From contig NC_043000.1 in the NCBI RefSeq assembly GCF_006345805.1, positions 147,312,001-147,376,000 on the forward strand: a DNA stretch of 64,000 bases, in the 5' to 3' direction. This document shows positions 1 to 13,918 of the stretch, piece after piece. This DNA comes from Octopus sinensis. Taxonomy: Eukaryota. The position numbers were made by a program, and so were the translations under genes. A model generated the notes under the pieces. It was not told where the DNA came from. It ran no database searches and was given only the letters and a program-made list of their open reading frames with translations. Position 1 is the first letter of the stretch, and every line of letters starts with the position of its first letter.

Positions 1-240
1 TGAGAAGGCACGTTCTGTGAACCATACCTCTGTTCTCTCTCCCCGCAGCCGCCCCGCTGTTGCCTGTCTCCTGTTTCCACTCATCTACCACTCCTACCCT
101 GCCCCTCCAACGTACCAGTCTCCGAGCTTTCTAGCGACTCCAGTCCGACCCCTCCACCTCACATACTTTCCCCAACATACCCCTTCCTTCCTTCAAACGA
201 GCCCACAAACTGCGTGACTTCTTGATCCACAGTGTCTTCC
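1..240 (+). mobile_element. Penelope-like element fragment (RT to GIY-YIG linker), frameshifted
   Basis: One frame reads [33 protein letters not shown], typical of the PLE linker (LQSDP...F...PL..F.R...LRD.L.HS). Confidence 0.6.
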
Positions 241-329
241 TTCACTCCACCCCACAAAAAAGTTCGTATTCCATGTTTTCGTATTTTGTATTTCATGTTG
301 TTTACGTTTTGTGAGACGTCCTGTACCCA

Positions 330-333
330 TATA

Positions 334-379
<46 letters not shown>

Positions 380-486
380 TATATATATATATATATATAT
401 CAGTATGTACATATATGCATATATGCCTTATATATATTTATTTATATTATTATATGATTGAACGCCACGCATGTATATATAGTAAA

Positions 487-533
<47 letters not shown>

Positions 534-573
534 TATATATATATATATGTATATACACCATATATATGTAATA

Positions 574-623
<50 letters not shown>

Positions 624-625
624 TT
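330..625. repeat. (AT)n microsatellite region
   Basis: Direct reading. Confidence 0.95.
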
Positions 626-1368
626 TCGTTCTTTCGTTCCCCTCTCTCACATTTCCTGGCCTTCTCTTCATGCTCACCTTCCCTCCTCTTTTACTTCACC
701 CTGTACCTTTCATTTTTTCTCACCCTCCTTAATTCTTCTATCCCTCTGCCTCTCTCACTCCTCTCCCCACGTGACCGGTGTTCAGCCAAGCCTGACCTTT
801 CTTTCTTGGTTCGAGTACCATCCGTGCAACATCTATATTCCTCCCTGTACCTTTGAAATCTTATGCCTCTGCCATAAAGCTTTACTTCCAAACACGCCAG
901 CTTAATTTAATTCGTCCTTAGTCGAAAGACACCTGTTTCTAATGTCCTGTTATTTGTATTTATGTACCATTTCTCCGGTTTTTTTTCGTCTTTGTTTTCG
1001 TATACATTCGCTGCTTTCTTCCAAGGAATCTAATGCTCTTAGCTTAGTTTTTCTTTGGGGATGGCCAGATTGGGGAATTCTCGAGTAAAACCAGCCGAAA
1101 TTGCAAAGATAATCTGGAACTCGACGGAGGAAAGAAAACTCCGAACGACCCGTCCTTGTTTTCTTTGTATCGTCTGTCTGGATGTTTAGCGTTTTTGTCC
1201 CATTTTTGTAATTTTTATATATATATAAAAATATAGCGGTTCTATATTTAAGAGATGAGGAATTAAGTACCTTATTTACATTATTTGCATTATTAATATT
1301 CGACGGATATTTGTCCTCAGCTTGTTTGTTGTTAACACAACATTTTGACTGGTATACTCTCCAGCCTT

Positions 1369-1675
1369 TAGCTTGTTATTCTCTTTAAGTGAACATTTTT
1401 CTGGTTGAAATACACGGAAAAATGGCAACACAGCAGTCAAAAAATCGTAAAAAAATAGGGATTTTCATAGAAAAAAGCACCTTTTTGATGTAAATAATTT
1501 TTGGTGTTAACGTGGCCCGATTTGAATTTTTTCTTCTACGGAAGGAAGAGCAAGCCTTCTCCTATCATACTTTCAATTTTGGTCAACCTGCGCCGCGGGG
1601 TCTCGGAGGAGATAGTGTTAGTTGAAGGCTACCAAACCTGCCATACACAGACAACTTCAGCTTTATATATATAGA
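1369..1675 (-). mobile_element. Non-autonomous Helitron-like element, 3'-truncated
   Basis: Reverse complement of the 5' part of 24855-25243; begins A|TCTATATATATAAA. Confidence 0.7.
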
Positions 1676-1736
1676 TTACTAAATTATATAGGATGCACTT
1701 TATTGTATTTTGTTATACCCGTAATACCCCGATCTG

Positions 1737-1797
1737 TGGGAAAACTGTCTTGCATGAAACCGGTCTGTGGTACAAAAAAGGTTGGTTACTTCTGCTG
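1737..1797 (+). mobile_element. hAT-Charlie (MER1-like) terminal fragment
   Basis: GGAAAACTGTCTTGCATGAAACCGGTCTGTGGTACAAAAAAGGTTGG resembles the MER1/Charlie right end. Confidence 0.5.
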
Positions 1798-2351
1798 TAA
1801 AGGACTGCGCTATCGTTTACCAATTGCAATAAATAATTAAATTCAGTGCTACCAATAACCCAAAATTCATTATGTTTTCTAGATATATCGCACAACATAT
1901 TTCTGTTAACAACTATGTTCTTGGTTATTTTTTTATTTTCTAATTCAAAGTCAAAAAAATGGTGACTAGTAGCTTGGATGGTTCCAAATTAAAGACAAGT
2001 TTATTTACTGTTCTCATGAATATTTACTGTTTTATACTTCATGAAATAGTGAAATTCATGAATTAAAGAAAACTTTATTTACTCTCCTCATGAATATTTA
2101 TTGTTTTTCAAGTCTTGGAATCATGAAATTCATGCCCTGGCAATAAATTAATGTTTGAAGTAATCTTATTTTTAGTTACATAAGATGTTTTCTAAACAAC
2201 CACCTTCGCTTCACTTATGAAATTATATGTGAGAGAGAGTATGGATTCGACAAATAAACCAAAACACTGCAGGAAACACACACAAAAAACAACGATTCTG
2301 TCATGTATAAAGCTTATTTTCTCTGTTAGCTTGCCTGTGATTCCACTAGGA

Positions 2352-2733
2352 GGAAGCACTCCGTCAGTTACGACGATGAGGGTTCCGGTTGATCCGAATC
2401 AACGAACAGCCTGTTCGTGAAATTAACGTGTAAGTGGCTGAGCACTCCACAGACACGTGTACCCTTAACGGGGATATTCGGGGATATTCAGCGTGACACA
2501 GAGAGTGACAAGGCCGGCCCTTTGAAATACAGGTACAACAGAAACAGGAAGTAAAAGTGAGAGAAAGTTGTGGTGAAAGAGTACAGCAGGGATCACCACC
2601 ATCCCCTGCCGGAGCCTCGTGGAGCTTTAGGTGTTTTCGCTCAATAAACACTCACAACGCCCGGTCTGGGAATCGATACCGCGATCCTATGACCGCGAGT
2701 CCGCTGCCCTAACCACTGGGCCATTGCGCCTCC
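2352..2733 (-). mobile_element. tRNA-derived SINE, family A (about 380 bp)
   Basis: Head on - with A box TGGCCCAGTGG and a B-box-like motif. Near-identical copies at about 5781, 20904 and 61692. Confidence 0.9.
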
Positions 2734-2984
2734 TGTGATTCCACTACACCTCTATGTCTAAGGTCTACATTGGGTGCAGTGTATGGTGTTTATACACCCG
2801 CTCCTTTGAGTAAGACCATTTCTTTGATGAAACTGGGGTCTTGTCTTCTTTCCTACTTACTAAAACTTTAGTCTTTGCTAAGTTTACCCTGCAACCACTT
2901 GATTCTAACTGTGGCTAGAATTTCGTCATTAATTCCGCTAAAAGTTCAGCTATGCGAACTAGAGCAGCAGAATATTTGAGTTCC

Positions 2985-3645
<661 letters not shown>

Positions 3646-5039
3646 ACAAAGTGGAGTTGTGGGGTACCGCACGAGTGAATTATATCGAAAGAAAGTTTGA
3701 AAATGCAATTTAAAAGATGTTTATTTACTTTACCGATTTCACTGTTGGGAAAAAGATTGTCAAAAGTAACATGTAGAAGTTTGGTTGCGTTAATTATTGG
3801 TTGTTACAAATTGCTACATTACATATATACAGTCTTTGGTAACAGGGATATGTTAAGGACATAAAAAGTTCAACAAGTTCCTTAAAATATTGGGCACAAA
3901 AGATTACTACATAAATAATCGTTCTCAAGGACATGCTTAAGATAGTTCCAGAGGAAATGATATTGGTAATTGTATCTGTATTTCAAACATGCACACAGAA
4001 TATTGGTTGACACAGAGTACTACGATCCATATAGATATACATTCTTTGGTGACAAGAGCATGTTGAGAATATAAAAAAGTTTAACAAGCTCATTGAAATA
4101 ATGGGCACAAAAGATTACAACAAATATATTATACATTCTCAAGATAATTTCCAGAAAGAATTATTAAAAAAGTTCAGTATACACGTACAGAATATTATGA
4201 GTTCAAAAAGATTTACATTATAATAGTAGTGAAGCTAAAACTGACCTGTCCACCATGTTAACGTAAAAGAATATTATCTATTTCAAGGGACACAGTAGGT
4301 GTGTTTGGTTGGTGGGGGAGGAGAAGTAATGTGGAACTGAAAAGAATTTACCCTTTTTTTCTTTTCAGTTCCACATTACTTCTCCTTTTCTCTACCCTGT
4401 ACTGTTCTCCCCCCCCCCCCCACTTCGTTTTATCTCACTTCCACTCTCTAATTCTTTTTCTTCCCTTCTCCCCCTTTTGTTATTTCGCTCTCATCCTTTC
4501 TCCAATTCTTTTTTCTCCCCTTCACCGTTTCGTATCTCTCCCTCTTTCGCCTTTACTCTCTCTCTCTCTCTCGCTCTCTCGTTGCTCACACGTGACCATC
4601 GTCCGGCGTTCTTTTCCTCACGTTATCATCTTTCTTTTCTTTCAGTCTGTCTTACAGACCAGGCACATTCTTATCTGTCTCCGCTTCTATCTTTTCTCTT
4701 GTCAAAGACAATATTCCTCCAGCGTTCGCTACCTTACCTCGTCTGGCCTAATGGTCCATCATGTTTGTTTTCGTTTGGTTTGTAGTATGTCTCCACTGTT
4801 TTGTTTTTACTACCAGCTTTGACCCTCCGCAAATCCCAAATTTTATTTTTGTTCGCGGGAACATATTGTCGTTAATTGCTCGAAATGAGGAGTAGATGGA
4901 CAGCCGACAACTGATGAAGAGTCGTTCTTTATGTTATTTCTCTTGTTTTTCCCTTTGTTTCTCTCGTTTCACATACCCAAGCTGTCTTCGTATTTCATGT
5001 TGCTTTCGTATTTCATGTTTTGTGACGTCCGTACCTATT

Positions 5040-5072
5040 GCATATATACGATATATGTATATATATACATTA

Positions 5073-5134
<62 letters not shown>

Positions 5135-5135
5135 G

Positions 5136-5169
<34 letters not shown>

Positions 5170-5206
5170 GTAATAGTATATATATATATAGATATATATA
5201 TGTATA

Positions 5207-5245
<39 letters not shown>

Positions 5246-5355
5246 TATATATATANNNNNNNNNNNNNNNNNNNNNNNNNNNNNNNNNNNNNNNNNNNNN
5301 NNNNNNNNNNNNNNNNNNNNNNNNNNNNNNNNNNNNNNNNNNNNNNNNNNNNNNN
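5040..5355. other. (AT)n tract ending in a 100-N assembly gap (5256-5355)
   Basis: Direct reading. Confidence 0.98.
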
Positions 5356-5780
5356 GGCATTACTGTCAGAAATATGACACAAGCTAATCTAGAGAAAGCG
5401 GGTTTAGCGTCGCGACAGTGCGAGCAAAAAACATATGTGCGACAGCAGGAATTATTTCGACGAGAGCAAATAGAAAAGTTTTAGTATTTACAATTTCTCC
5501 ATGAACATTAATACTTATCACCACAATTTAGTCTCAGCATCAGTAATTTCTGTTTTTGTAAATATATTTCTGTTTTATTGGTGAAACCATATTCGTATAC
5601 AGAAAAATGTATGTATTTTTGTTTATATGTTTAAGTTACTTGAAGATATGTTACAAATAGTTAGCTACTAAACAGTCTATTAGTATGTAGTTTGAGTTAA
5701 TGGGACGATGCTCTAAGCTTTTAATATTTGGTTGCAGATTCTTTCAAGGTATTTGTGGGGGATGTGCAGATTTTTTTAAG

Positions 5781-6155
5781 ATCACTCCGTGGGTTCGACG
5801 ATGAGGTCCCAGCTGATACGATCAACGAACAGCTTGCTCGTGAATCAACGTGCAAGTGGCTGAGCATTCCACAGACAAGTGTATACCCTTACGTAGTTCT
5901 CGGGGATATTCAGCGTGACCAGAGAGTTACAGGCTGGCCCCTTTGAATACAGGTACAAACAGAAACAGAAGAAAGAGTGAGAGAAAGTTGTGGTGAAAGA
6001 TTACAGCAGGGTTCACCACCACCCCCTGCAGGAGCCTTGTGAAGCTTTAGGTGTTTTCGCTCAATAAACACTCACAATGCCCGGTCTGGGAATCGAAACC
6101 GCGATCCTACGACCGCGAGTCCACTGCCCTAACCACTGCGCCATTGCGCCTCCAC
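5781..6155 (-). mobile_element. SINE family A with a 16-bp TSD
   Basis: GGGGGATGTGCAGATT at 5757-5772 and 6156-6171; the empty site is present in arm B. Confidence 0.92.
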
Positions 6156-6233
6156 GGGGGATGTGCAGATTATTCAGCTAAACGTTTAGTAATGTTTCCA
6201 GATTTTTGTCTTTTAAGTGACAGTGGGTTTGTA

Positions 6234-6477
6234 TACTCTTTTACTCTTTTACTCTTTTACTTGTTTCAGTCATTTGACTGCGGCCATGCTGGAGCACCGC
6301 CTTTAATCGATCAAATCGACCCCGGGACTTATTCTTTTGTAAGCCCAGTACTTATTCCATCGGTCTCTTTTTGCCGAACCGCTAAGTAACGGGACATAAA
6401 CACACCAGCATCGGTTGTCAAGCAATGCTAGGGGGACAAACACAGACACACAACCACACACACGCATATATATATAT

Positions 6478-6508
<31 letters not shown>

Positions 6509-6682
6509 ATATATATACGACGGCTTTTTTCAGTTTCCGTCTACCAAATCCACTCACAAGCTTTGGTCGGGGCCCCGAGGCTATAGTAGAAGACACTTGC
6601 CCAAGGTGCCACGCAGTGGGACTGAACCCGGAACCATGTGCTTGGTAGACAAGCTACTTACCACACAGCCACTCCTGCGCCT
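6234..6682 (-). mobile_element. tRNA-derived SINE, family B (internal (TA)/(TG) microsatellite, (GAGTAAAA)n tail)
   Basis: Head AGGCGCAGGAGTGGCTGTGTGG...GGGTTCAGTCCC; at least 10 copies in the window. Confidence 0.9.
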
Positions 6683-7044
6683 ATGGTAATGTTTTTCCTG
6701 TTTTTGCTTATTTTTGTTCACTGTTCTTTGCGATTATCGTGTTGCTGTTTGAAACCTATTGTTTCATCTTTGAAATCTCTACTATGACCTCCTTACGTTC
6801 TCTCCTCTTTGTATATGAGAGTTATGGTGAGAGTGTCGATAATGAAGACTACGAGAAGCAAGCTGATGATAATAATAACGATAAAGACAGGAAAATGAAA
6901 CACAGTACTGTTGATTACGACCGTCCTCTTTATGATATCTCCTAGGATTTGAACTCTGTCCTATAAGGTAGTGAAATATGTTAATAGCTACCTTTGTAAA
7001 TTACGATTACCTGAACCTGTGAGAACTTTAGCATGTTTACCAAG

Positions 7045-7230
7045 GTTTATTTATATATATTTATATATATTTAATTTATATATATTTATATAATTTATAT
7101 ATAATTTATATATATTTATATATAATTTATTATATTTATATATATTTAATTTATATATATTTATATATAATTTATATATTTATATATATTTAATTTATAT
7201 ATATTTATATAATTTATATTATATGGTGTA
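7045..7230. repeat. AT-only low-complexity tandem repeat
   Basis: Direct reading. Confidence 0.9.
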
Positions 7231-7324
7231 ATTATTTAAAGTTTTAGTAAATGTTGCTACATTGGCAGAAGTGAGTTGGAGAATACAAAACAATTATATT
7301 ACCTTCATATTACGATTGATCAAA

Positions 7325-7933
7325 ACGATTACCTTCATATCTGTGTCGCTGCTACAAATACACTAAACTATATGCAACAGACGACCATTTGACTGATTGG
7401 CAAAGGTACACCTGCTAACACGTTAAAATCTCTAATCCACAGTCGAAGTCTTCTAACTTTTCCTATTCTATCATTAAATCAATTTAAACAACATCCCTGA
7501 TTGTCTCGTAGCTTAATTTTCAATTATTTAAGGAGTGTAAATTGTTGATCCCGCGATACAATAAAAGCTCAAGCAGCTACAATTCTTGAAATCGATAAAT
7601 AATCAATAACAAAAACCATTGATCTTTACATTACTGTCGGCCATTCATGTAAAACATAGATAAAAACTACGCCCAAAAATCTGGCTCCCTTCTTCGCGAA
7701 GAGAAATTATTTCAACTCTCATTAGATGGTGATCCTCTACAAAACTTAAGATCTACAATGGACGATTACCTTCATATCTGTGTCGCTGCTACAAATACAC
7801 TAAACTATATGCAACAGACGACCATTTGACTGATTGGCAAAGGTACACCTGCTAACACGTTAAAATCTCTAATCCACAATCGAAGTCTTCAAACTTTTCT
7901 TATTCTATCATTAAAACAATTCAAACAACATCC
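7325..7933 (+). repeat. About 170-bp direct repeat (7325-7496 and 7762-7933)
   Basis: ACGATTACCTTCATATCTGTGTCGCTGC... occurs twice, nearly identical. Confidence 0.9.
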
Positions 7934-8134
7934 TCTGCTCGTCAGAGCTAGCCGGCAATTGCATACCACTTTACTCAGGCTCATCTTACCAACCTGTCTT
8001 TCTCTTCATCACACCTTCATCTCGCTTCATCTCACTTCATCTCGCTCACAGGCCCATACTAAACCACTATTCCTAAACCTTTCTCTGTAAAACGTTGACT
8101 TTCTGGAATATCATTTGTTACCAAATTTGTTTCT

Positions 8135-8553
8135 TTACTTTACTTTACTTTACTTTACTTATTTGTTTCAGTCATTTGACTGCGGCCATGCTGGAGCACC
8201 ACCTTTTAGTCGAGCAAATCGACCCCGGGACTTATTCTTTGTAAGCCCAGTATTTATTCTATCGGTCTCTTTTGCCGAACTGCTAAGTGACGGGGACGTA
8301 AACACACCAGCATCGGTTGTCAAGCAATGCTAGGGGGACAAACACAGACACACAAACACACACACACATACATATGTATATACATATACACGACAGGCTT
8401 CTTTCAGTTTCCGTCTACCAAATCCACTCACAAGGCATTGGTCGGCCCGGGGCTATAGCAGAAGACACTTGCCCAAGGTGCCACGCAGTGGGACTGAACC
8501 CGGAACCATGTGGTTGGTTAGCAAGCTACTTACCACACAGCCACTCCTGCGCC
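8135..8553 (-). mobile_element. SINE family B
   Basis: Full-length match to the other copies. Confidence 0.9.
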
Positions 8554-8872
8554 TATTTGTTTCTTTCTTTTTTTCTGCAAATGTTGACATAATCTTTCCG
8601 TGTAGTAAATTGTAAATGAAAACAGAGGTGTTACCTGAAGAATATTAAATTCCATTTCAGAAATTGAGATAAGAACGTGTTTTGATAAAAACAAAATTAT
8701 ACAATTTGATATAAATGAGGAATTGATCAATAAAAATTGTTACAAGCGAAACATATCAAACATGTACAGACAGAAATGCAAAGATTCGGGAGATATACAA
8801 ATTGAAAATTCTTTAAACAGATCTAGTTAGAGAACAAAAATTGGTAGAAAGACCTTGCAGGAGCTAAAAAAT

Positions 8873-9043
8873 GAGATTTCTGGCCGTGACCATCTCGTGA
8901 TATTTTCTTGTAAATTGTACACATAACTTACTTTATCCACTACATTCAGCCGTTTTAAATACAGTAGGGTGTAATGTAAAGGAAATTTGGCTACTCTTTC
9001 TAGAGCTTTCCTTCATTGGAGTGTATGCATATTTGTCACACAT
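8873..9043. repeat. About 170-bp segment whose inverted copy lies at 11144-11318
   Basis: ...TTTATCCACTACATTCAGCCG...CTAGAGCTTTCCTTCATTGGAG... is the reverse complement of 11144-11318. Confidence 0.85.
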
Positions 9044-9243
9044 ACAATTTGATGGTCACAACTGTATGGCAATATGTATTCAAAAATTAATTTAGAGGAT
9101 AAAGCAGACATGGGAAAGACTCAAAAAGAACAATTTGATGGTCACAACAGTATGGCAATATGTATTCAAAAATTAAGTTAGAGGATAAAGCAGACATGGG
9201 AAAGACTCAAAAAGAACAATTTGATGGTCACAAATGTATGGCA
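9044..9243 (+). repeat. 86-bp tandem repeat, about 2.3 copies
   Basis: ACAATTTGATGGTCACAA starts at 9044, 9130 and 9216. Confidence 0.9.
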
Positions 9244-9455
9244 TTAAATAGATTGAGCAATCATAATTTGGAAGGAAAGTGAATTTCCTCAAACGAAAGT
9301 TATATGTATAACATATCAGCAACATTAACGCACTAAACAATGAGCGAAGAATTAGGAAAAACAGCACAACAGATGCCTACCTCTATTGTCACTCCAAAGA
9401 CCAACAACTGGAAATAAATTATTTCAAATTATTTGGATGAATACTCAGTACATTC

Positions 9456-9685
9456 GCGGCGAGCTGGCAGAAACGTTAGCACACCGGGCGAAATGCTTAG
9501 CGGTATTGCGTCTGTCGTTGCGTTCTGAGTTCAAATTCCGCCGAGGTCGACTTTGCCTTTCATCCTTTCGGGGTCGATAAATTAAGTACCAGATACGCAC
9601 TGGGGTCGATGTAATCGACTTAATCCGTTTGTCTGTCCTTGTTTGTCCCCTCTATGTTTAGCCCCTCGTGGGCAATAAAGAAACA
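9456..9685 (+). mobile_element. tRNA-like SINE, family C, with a 17-bp TSD
   Basis: Head GGCGAGCTGGCAGAA...GAGTTCAAATTCC; GAATACTCAGTACATTC flanks both sides. Confidence 0.9.
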
Positions 9686-9709
9686 GAATACTCAGTACAT
9701 TCACAGAAT

Positions 9710-10603
9710 CGCGCAGAATAGTGAACAAAAATAAGTAACAACAGGAGAAGCAATACAATACAATACAAACCGCTACTGTGACTCAAAACTGGAAACATAT
9801 TACAAAACATCTGGATGAATAATCTGCACATCCTGCACAAATACCTTTAAGAAATCTGCAACCAAATATTAGAAGACTATGTATTCATCGTCTGATTAGG
9901 AGCTAACAATGTGTAACATATCTTCGAGCAGCTTGAATATATCAACAAAAGTATAAAAATATGATTTGACCAATAAAACAGAAATATATATACAAGAAAT
10001 ATATATATAAGGCGCAGGAGTGGCTGTGTGGTAAGTAGCTTGTTTACCAACCACATGGTTCCGGGTTCAGTCCCACTGCGTGGCACCTTGGCCAAGTGTC
10101 TTCTGGGCAAGTGAGCGGATTTGGTAGACGGAAACTGAAAGAAGCCTGTCGTATATATGTATATATATATGTATGCGTGTGTGTGTTTGTGTGTCTGTGT
10201 TTGTCCCCCTAGCATTGCTTGACAACCGATGCTGGTGTGTTTATGTCTCCGTCACTTAGCGGTTCGGCAAAAGAGACCGATAGAATAAGTACTGGGCTTA
10301 CAAAAGAATAAGTCCCGGGGTCGAGTTGCTCGATTAAAGGCGGTGCTCCAGCATGGCCGCAGTCAAATGACTGAAACAAGTAAAAGAGTAAAAGAGTAAT
10401 ACAAATACAGAAATTACTGACGCAGAGACTAAATTGTGGTGGTAAGTATTAATGCTCTTGGAGGAAACGCAAACACCAAAACTTCCTATTTGCAGTCGTC
10501 GAAATAATCCCGTTCCTCGCACACATGTTTTTTGCTCGCACTGTCGCGACGCTAAACCCGCTTTCTCTAGATTAGCTTGTGTCATATTTCTGACAGTGAT
10601 GTC
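9710..10603 (-). repeat. Arm B of the inverted duplication, interrupted by SINE family B (10010-10399, +)
   Basis: See arm A. Confidence 0.85.
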
Positions 10604-12019
10604 TTTGAATTCCCTGCAGCTCTTTCTTTCTTTGACTATTTTTCCTTTCTTTATTCAAGCAGTTGACACATCTCTGTCGTAATATCTTCTTATTTCGACA
10701 GAAAAATAAAATATTTTTAACACTGTCAAAATGAAGTATTCGAGGCCTAACTCCTGCTATGAACTGGAAATAATAACGTAGTGATATAGCGTGCTTTGTA
10801 GGAATATAATGAAAAGAAGGAATGGACAAAAATTTATAGCAAATATTACTTCACATTGTTACAGTTACATTCGCACTCCTATGGACATGGATTCACCGTT
10901 CATTATAAATAATGACAATATGCTCGTATAAATTCTGCAGAAGATACCGGAGACGCAATTGATGTCAGGCAAAAACATAAACCCAGCATGTTTTATTGAA
11001 AGTGTGTGTGTTAATGTTTCTACATCAATCTGCACCGCAAGTGGAAGAAATGAACGTTTTCTCTTCAGCTCTGCCTACAGGTTAGTCAAGCCTGATTGTC
11101 ATCTACCTTGGTTTTCATTATCAATTACTGAAATTCATGCCTGTGTGTGTGACAAATATGCATACACTCCAATGAAGGAAAGCTCTAGAAAGAGTAGCCA
11201 AATTGCCTTTACATTTCACCTTACTGTACTTAAAACGGCTGAATGTAGTGGATAAAGTAGTCATGTGTACAATTTGCAAGAAAATATCACGAGATGGTCA
11301 CGGCCAGAAATCTCATTGAGTGATGAACATTTGATAAAAAGAGACAAATAAAATCTTGGTCTAAAATAACGCGTGAGGTAAATTCAAAAATGACGAACGT
11401 GCGAGAAGCAGACTTCAGAATCTGTATAAACTTCGTGTGTTCCCCAGTACAATTTTCCTCCAACAATGGACATTTACCAAAACTACAAATAATTACACCA
11501 TATATTACAAATCGTAGAAATACTTACAATTATTAAAACAAGAAGTACTGTTACTGTCTTCTTTTCTAACAGCACATTTCCGAACAGTATACGAACGAGG
11601 TACATCACATAAAAATACAGATATATTGCTAAAAAATTAAATACTTTTATTGAAGCCAAAAAAAATACCATCAACACGCACTTCGTCACATCGTAATGGT
11701 TCATGCAATTTTTTTCTTATTTTGCAAAACCAATTGACATCACCTTAAATTCCTGCTTACACGCCAATGGGTTGTTAAAGGCTAAATAATGCCGTAGGCC
11801 TCATAAAATCAAAGATGGCACAAATAACATTCGAACGCTAAAAGAGAACGGTAGAATACTAAAAATGCCGATCTTAAAATAAAAACCAACTTCACGAAAT
11901 GTATGTATGTCAGGTCACTTTCGAGTGCTACTGGTAACATGTAACCCAGTACAACCTATTGCATGGTGTTAGCTGTCACTTTACTACGTTTGAATGAAGC
12001 TTTTGCATACTTGTCAAGG

Positions 12020-12207
12020 CCGAATTCCATATTTTTTCACAGTTACTAGTAGCCCTTTCAGATCCTTGTTATTTACATATAATTTCAGATCATCCATATA
12101 GAGCAAGTGTGAGATGGTCTTGTCAAGCATTTTATAACCGTGATTTGTTCTGTTCAACTCGTGAGACAAGGGAATTGCTGCTGCTGCTGTTGTTGTTGTT
12201 GTTGTTG

Positions 12208-12243
<36 letters not shown>

Positions 12244-12530
12244 TCGTTGTTGTTGTTGTTGTTTCACTTCTCAGAACGCTCGGTTTTGTTTGTTCTGATA
12301 GATTCTGTGAGAGCGGACAGCAGCCTGCTGTCAAGTGTCTCACAGGATCTCTTTCTGCACATTATAAGCTTCGATATTTGGTTGTTAATTATCGTGGGAG
12401 ACATTCAACATTCAAGAACCAATCTCAAAATCCTAACTGTCCCCAACAGGGTCGTTTATTAAGCTTGCTCTACTCTCATGTCAATTCCGATTTCTCTGAT
12501 ATATTTCTCGAACTTGGTTGTTAGTGCTCC
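12020..12530 (-). mobile_element. R4/Dong-like (RLE-type) non-LTR retrotransposon fragments separated by (CAG)n/(CAA)n
   Basis: RT motif ISHLLYMDDLKLY at 12020-12175; C-terminal TLLGTVRILRLVL and a 3' tail at 12263-12530. Confidence 0.7.
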
Positions 12531-12539
12531 GAGTGCATC

Positions 12540-12850
12540 CCGCTCAAAAGGATGTTGAACGAAACACCTATGTTTCCAGAGGTGAATTATTCAAACCTCA
12601 AAGAATTCCTCTCAACACATGGCTATGATGCTCCCCCACTACTTCTGCTCAGGCATACACATATCGTCAGCCACCAAGGGACATGCTCAATTGGTTACGG
12701 TCAAACAACTGACAAGCAAATCTGTGATCTGTGGTATTGAGCAGAATATTTGCAGTAGCCCATCTTTTATATCAAGGCGAAACATGTACGTGATAACACT
12801 TCCAATCAGTTAAGATCAGAAGCCATGAAAGCCAGAGCCTGGCATCGGGG
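12540..12850. mobile_element. Interspersed repeat, inverted copy of part of 18355-18905; class uncertain
   Basis: Reverse-complement similarity. A weak GIY-YIG-like C..xGQT pattern does not settle the class. Confidence 0.55.
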
Positions 12851-13918
12851 CATTTATTATTATTGTTGTTGTTGTTATTATTATTATTTACAAAGTGTAG
12901 AACGGGGGAAGTAACACTAGGTTATTTTTTTTGCGATGACGTATTTTAACAGCATTGGGCAGTGGGTGTAATGCTGCAAGTAAAATATCTTAACAATAAG
13001 TCTTGCTGCAAAGAAAAAAAAAAGAATCTTTCTTATTATGTGTTAATAGCATATGCCATACAAGTAAGCGAACGTTTTTGCAGTATACTCCTTTCTCAAG
13101 TCCTTCAATTCTTTTATATTGATCTTACGTTAACGTAGAAACATAGATCCATACCTAACACTTTATTATCCGTTATTTTCAAAATAACTACCTCCATAAA
13201 TGCTTTTCAGCTCGATGGTTCAATGGCGAGTCTTGTCTTCCCTTGTTTCTATTTTATTATTTTTAGTTTTCAAATAAAGTGGATCTCCATTATCCTAACT
13301 TCGATTGGAATAGGAGTGCCTCACTAAAATTTTCTGCCTTGAATTTCATTTCTCTTTTCTTTCTGTGGATGAAAAATACGTTGCCATATAGAAAATTAGA
13401 TGTCTTTCTCAAATTTAGTCTTTGCTGCATTTCATTACTCTGATATCAATAAAATAAGCATCTACGGGTAGATTGGAATATATTCCTCCTACTAAAAAGG
13501 ATCCTAGATGTAACAGAAGTAATGAAAATGTTTCGAAAGGTAACGGCGTTGCCATAAACGCTTGATCGTCTAACATGCTTTAGTGAGTCCCATAACGCAT
13601 TGAATGCTGTGGGTACAAAAGTGCAATACAGCCAACCGGCACTCGCGATGGACACACTTGACATGGTGGAACACCCGGGATGTGACAGCTGGAGAAAGAA
13701 AGAACTGCACTAGCAACCGGCTGGTATTCATTTACAGCTGAGTAGACTGGAACAATATGAAACGAAGTGCCCTACTCAAAGGCACAACGTGCCACCCGGT
13801 CCGGGAACTGAACCCTCGGCCTTATGATCACAAGCTCAACAACCTAACCACTAAAGCACGCGCGTTCGTCCCATAGGTATCACAGGAGATTCAATAGAAT
13901 AATTTATCTTCAATATTA

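Larger units (their letters stand above)
5356..6730 (+). repeat. Arm A of an inverted duplication (partner 9710-10603), interrupted by two SINEs
   Basis: 5356-5555 is the reverse complement of 10400-10603. 5560-5772, 6156-6230 and 6690-6730 match 9710-10000. Confidence 0.85.

Noticed and set aside
11069-11080. 12-nt AG/GTTAGT micro-exon candidate on +
   Set aside because: It is isolated, with no partner exons, and such matches arise by chance.
13240-13690. Protein-like frames on both strands, including DLHYPNFDW (APE-like) and a strong - strand acceptor at 13689
   Set aside because: The frames are interrupted by stops and no family can be supported.
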